Source: Perkinsus olseni
Taxonomy: Eukaryota
DNA length: 22,636 nucleotides
NCBI GenBank assembly: GCA_013115125.1
Contig: JABANN010000064.1
Span: forward strand, 62,001-84,636
Direction: 5' to 3'
Of the stretch, positions 19,656 to 22,636 are shown in pieces. Position 1 is the first letter of the stretch, and every line of letters starts with the position of its first letter. Below the pieces are notes generated by a model. The model was not told the DNA's origin. It was given only the letters and a program-made list of their open reading frames with translations, and made no database searches. The position numbers and the translations under genes are program-made.

Positions 19656-21727
19656 ATGAAGAAGATCGTCCGTGATTTGACGCGTGCAGCATCCAGCGGT
19701 AGTAGCAGTCATCGGCACCACGGAAAGAGCTCGTCGCAGCGCCAGTCGCCAGAGTGGGTGGAGGATGGCCATCGATGCTCCCTGGGCTTAGTTCAAGCCT
19801 TTCGCTCAGAGACCACAGCGTGGGTTCGTCCGAGGTCATCGACTTGCGGGGGCGAGTATCTCAGCTGGAGAGCGAGCTATCGACAGCGAAAGATACGGTC
19901 AGGCTGCAGAGAGAACAGGTACTATGGGAGAGTTCGCCGGTGCTCGTGCCGCACTGCGAAGGATATCTTAGCTGGACAAGAGCCTGATGGAGTATACTTC
20001 AGCCTTGCAGCGAATAGTATCACTAGAAAAGACAATAGAGGCCAAGAGAGATGTCGAAGAGCAGAACGAACAGCTTCAAGAGAGGGTGATCTCTGATGGG
20101 TGAAACGTATTAGCGACTGGGTGGAGCCCCTCAGGTAATCGAGCTGATAAGCGAAAGTCAGGACAGGGGGCCATCCATCGTGGAGACTAAAAGTCTAGGG
20201 CCTCTGTCTCTAGAGGAAGCTGCCAAGATTCTAGATGCCCAGCAGCAACCGGCCGACCTATGTGAGAAGCTCCTTTCGCCGTAGCTCGACAAGGCCTCCC
20301 CGCAGGCTCGAAGGCCGCGGTGAAGCTGACGGATGGCTCGGAGATCTCGCTGGATGATGCAGCGATAAGGATTCGTGACATGGTCCGTGAGGTGGCGTCG
20401 CCCATGCGGTCTCATGCTATCCTTAGGAGGAAAGATTGTCGAACTTGGTGTTGATCGAGGATCCTATGAAGCCTGGCCGGCGATGGTATGGCGAGCGAGA
20501 GCTGCAGGAGTGTCTCGACGCCGTCTGCGCTAACCAGACAAGGTTGGAGGTGATAGGGCATAGGCTCGGCCCGTCCTTAGCTCACGCGGTGCTTCTGGGC
20601 CCATCGAGGCGGTCATACTGCTATCCTCAAGTCGTACCCAGTGGGGGGGGGCAGCGTACGTTGCCTTCCTGCTGCTGTACATTCGACTGTCAGGCCGTCG
20701 CCCACTCGTCCTCCTTCCCTGCGGAGGCGTGCACGGGTAAGGTGGGCTTCGGCAAATGATACCGCTGTATCGTGTGAGAACAGGTACTGATGCCGATGAG
20801 AATGTGAGTCATGAAGAAGCTCCTCGGCTGCGTCGTCCGATTGCCGAACTTGGGCGCGACGGGGGTGAGCCGCGGGAAGCTGTGGCGTCGATGCGTTGTC
20901 GGGACTATTGAAAAGGTAAAGAGCTAGTCGATGCAAGGCACAGCACTGCCGAGGAGGACGAGTCGAAAATGTACAACGGTGTCAAGTGGCTGGAAGGTGA
21001 TGACGGGTGGGCGGTCTCCCTCCACGGGGAATTCGATATTCGCGACGTATCAGTCTCGGCTATGATGCGCTACCCAATAGCCGTTAACGTTAATCGTTGC
21101 GTAGTTCCCGGCAGAAAGAGCCGCTTCAGGTGGGGCGGCAGTGCGCGACGAAGATACTCTGGTTGAGGACGATAAGCAGCCAGCGGAATCGGCCGGGGTA
21201 TCTTGATGAGGTCGAGGCCGACTTCCGGAGCTCGTGACTCTGTCAGGATCTTGAACATCATCTTATCAATGCGATGGAAGAACATCTTATGCGGCGACAA
21301 GTCCACCTAGACAGGGCACTAGGGTGAGATGGTGTAATTCTGTTGGTGTATCTCATCGTTCTTAATCAGATTCAGTCTCGCTAGCAAAATGATGGAGGCA
21401 GCGGCATCATCGTCATCATCGTCAGCGGGTGGTGACACAGCCGACAGGAATGTCTCCACGGAGGAGCTTGTGATGCAACTACAACAGGAAATCGCGATCA
21501 AGACAAAGTCAGCTCACTGTGGTTGCTCGGGCGTGTATGACTTTCATCGTGGTCCCCAGGCTATGCGATCAACTTGCATTGCGCCTCGCTGACTGTCAAT
21601 CTGCAATGCTTCACAAGAGCTTGCAAAGGGGAACGGGAAGGGTAAGTTGACGATCGAACGAGGCTCGGCAATAGACTGTTGCCAATAGTATCGTTGTATC
21701 TCTCCGCAGGCTATCCTGGCCCTCTGA
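19656..21727 (+). CDS. Hypothetical coiled-coil protein, more than 10 short exons
   Basis: MKKIVRDLTRAASSG...SPE|DHSVGSSEVIDLRGRVSQLESELSTAKDTVRLQREQ|LDKSLMEY...LQER|VIELI... through DLEHHLINAMEE...|LASKMME...LQQEIAIKTK|LCDQLALRLADCQ...GR|AILAL*. Exons at 20550-20700 and 21000-21200 are ambiguous, so this could be two genes. Confidence 0.6.
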
Positions 21728-22355
21728 AGCATTCGAGTTGCCTAGTACATGTCATGTTCCATTGCTTAAGCTGTGTTCCTCATGGTCAGTAGCTATTGAG
21801 TTATTGTAACAGACGAGAGAGAGGCAGGGGTATATATATGCCCCCGGTTACACGCAACTGACGTTGCACTCTACTGTGCGAACCATATTTATTCAACTTC
21901 ATAGTGAAAAGGAAAAATATTTACGGAATTTTGAACACAGGCGTAATCAACAAACTGAGTGTTAACGGGAACGCAAGCTCCCACAGAATGACCGAGCCAC
22001 TCATCCTACCGCTCAATGTGCATTCCGGAGTGGAATAACGCAAGATGCATAGGTGAGGCGGCCACTTGGCCACACGGTGCGACAACGGCAAGCGAACAAT
22101 TGAAGCGGTGATGGAGGACTGATTGCCGTGGCGTAGTGGCCTCACCTCTGCATACTGCATTCTTTCGTTACAGTCTGTGTCTCCCCCAGTCTCCATCGCA
22201 GAATTCATTCGCAACAACACGACACAACAGAAAATTGACAAAACGATTTTGTCCTCGTTGTATTCACTACACAAAGAAAAAATGGCAAACTGAGACTGCG
22301 ACCCGATTCCAGGCTGCTCGTCTCAGTCTTAGGAGTAAACCCAGTGGAAATATAA

Positions 22356-22636
22356 TTACAGATTCTCCAAGACAACGCGCTTAGCGACGTTAATACCGGT
22401 CTTGATCATGCGCTCCTTACCGTTGGTGACGGTAGTTCCAGCCGGATCGTAGTCACCCTCATCCCACTTGAGAGGGCAGCCGTCAACGGTTGAAACAGCA
22501 GCGGCACGAATACCTCTGATAGAGGCAACTGCGAACAAAGCAGAGTTCTCCATCTCCACACCAATAGCACCAGCAGCGGCGTTACTGGCCAAGGTCTGCT
22601 CAACAGCAGGGCTGGGGTAGAAGACGGCGGAGGCGA
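22356..22636 (-). CDS. PNP: Purine nucleoside phosphorylase, hexameric NP-I/apicomplexan type, C-terminal part
   Basis: ASAVFYPSP...GAIGVEMENSALFAVASIRGIRAAAVSTVDGCPLKWDEGDYDP: the NP-I VEME motif plus a segment closely resembling Plasmodium PNP VDGCPFKWDEGDFD (recalled). The frame is open to the window edge. Confidence 0.9.
   Translation of the reverse strand, partial: ASAVFYPSPAVEQTLASNAAAGAIGVEMENSALFAVASIRGIRAAAVSTVDGCPLKWDEGDYDPAGTTVTNGKERMIKTGINVAKRVVLENL

Noticed and set aside
21827..21844. GGGGTATATATATGCCCC near-palindrome between convergent genes
   Set aside because: Largely a self-complementary (TA)n microsatellite, with no evidence of function.
21921..22384. ORFs 21921-22274 (-) and 22136-22384 (+)
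   Set aside because: They lie in the likely PNP 3' UTR/intergenic region, have atypical composition and show no motifs.

Overview
Eukaryotic, gene-dense, intron-rich DNA, not prokaryotic. Introns are mostly 40-60 nt GT-AG with degenerate donors. Together with a Plasmodium-type PNP, this points to a myzozoan alveolate, probably Perkinsus (inference). Genes reconstructed by hand-splicing: a partial P/Q-rich hypothetical gene (-); two tandem EamA/DMT transporter paralogs (+); five tightly packed minus-strand genes (acidic/Lys-rich protein, LanC-like protein, CAF-1 p60, disordered protein with a TPR-like end, RS/RanBP2-zinc-finger protein); a single-finger TIS11-like CCCH gene (+); a possible small gene (-); a multi-SIM disordered protein (+); a coiled-coil protein (+); and the 3' end of purine nucleoside phosphorylase (-). 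Best leads: 3'-polar intron difference between the DMT paralogs, 61-118 nt gaps suggesting polycistronic/trans-spliced units, a multi-branched RNA-like fold upstream of the CCCH gene, and two oversized structured LanCL introns. No clearly new multi-gene system can be demonstrated from sequence alone. All gene models are manual and unverified by transcripts.
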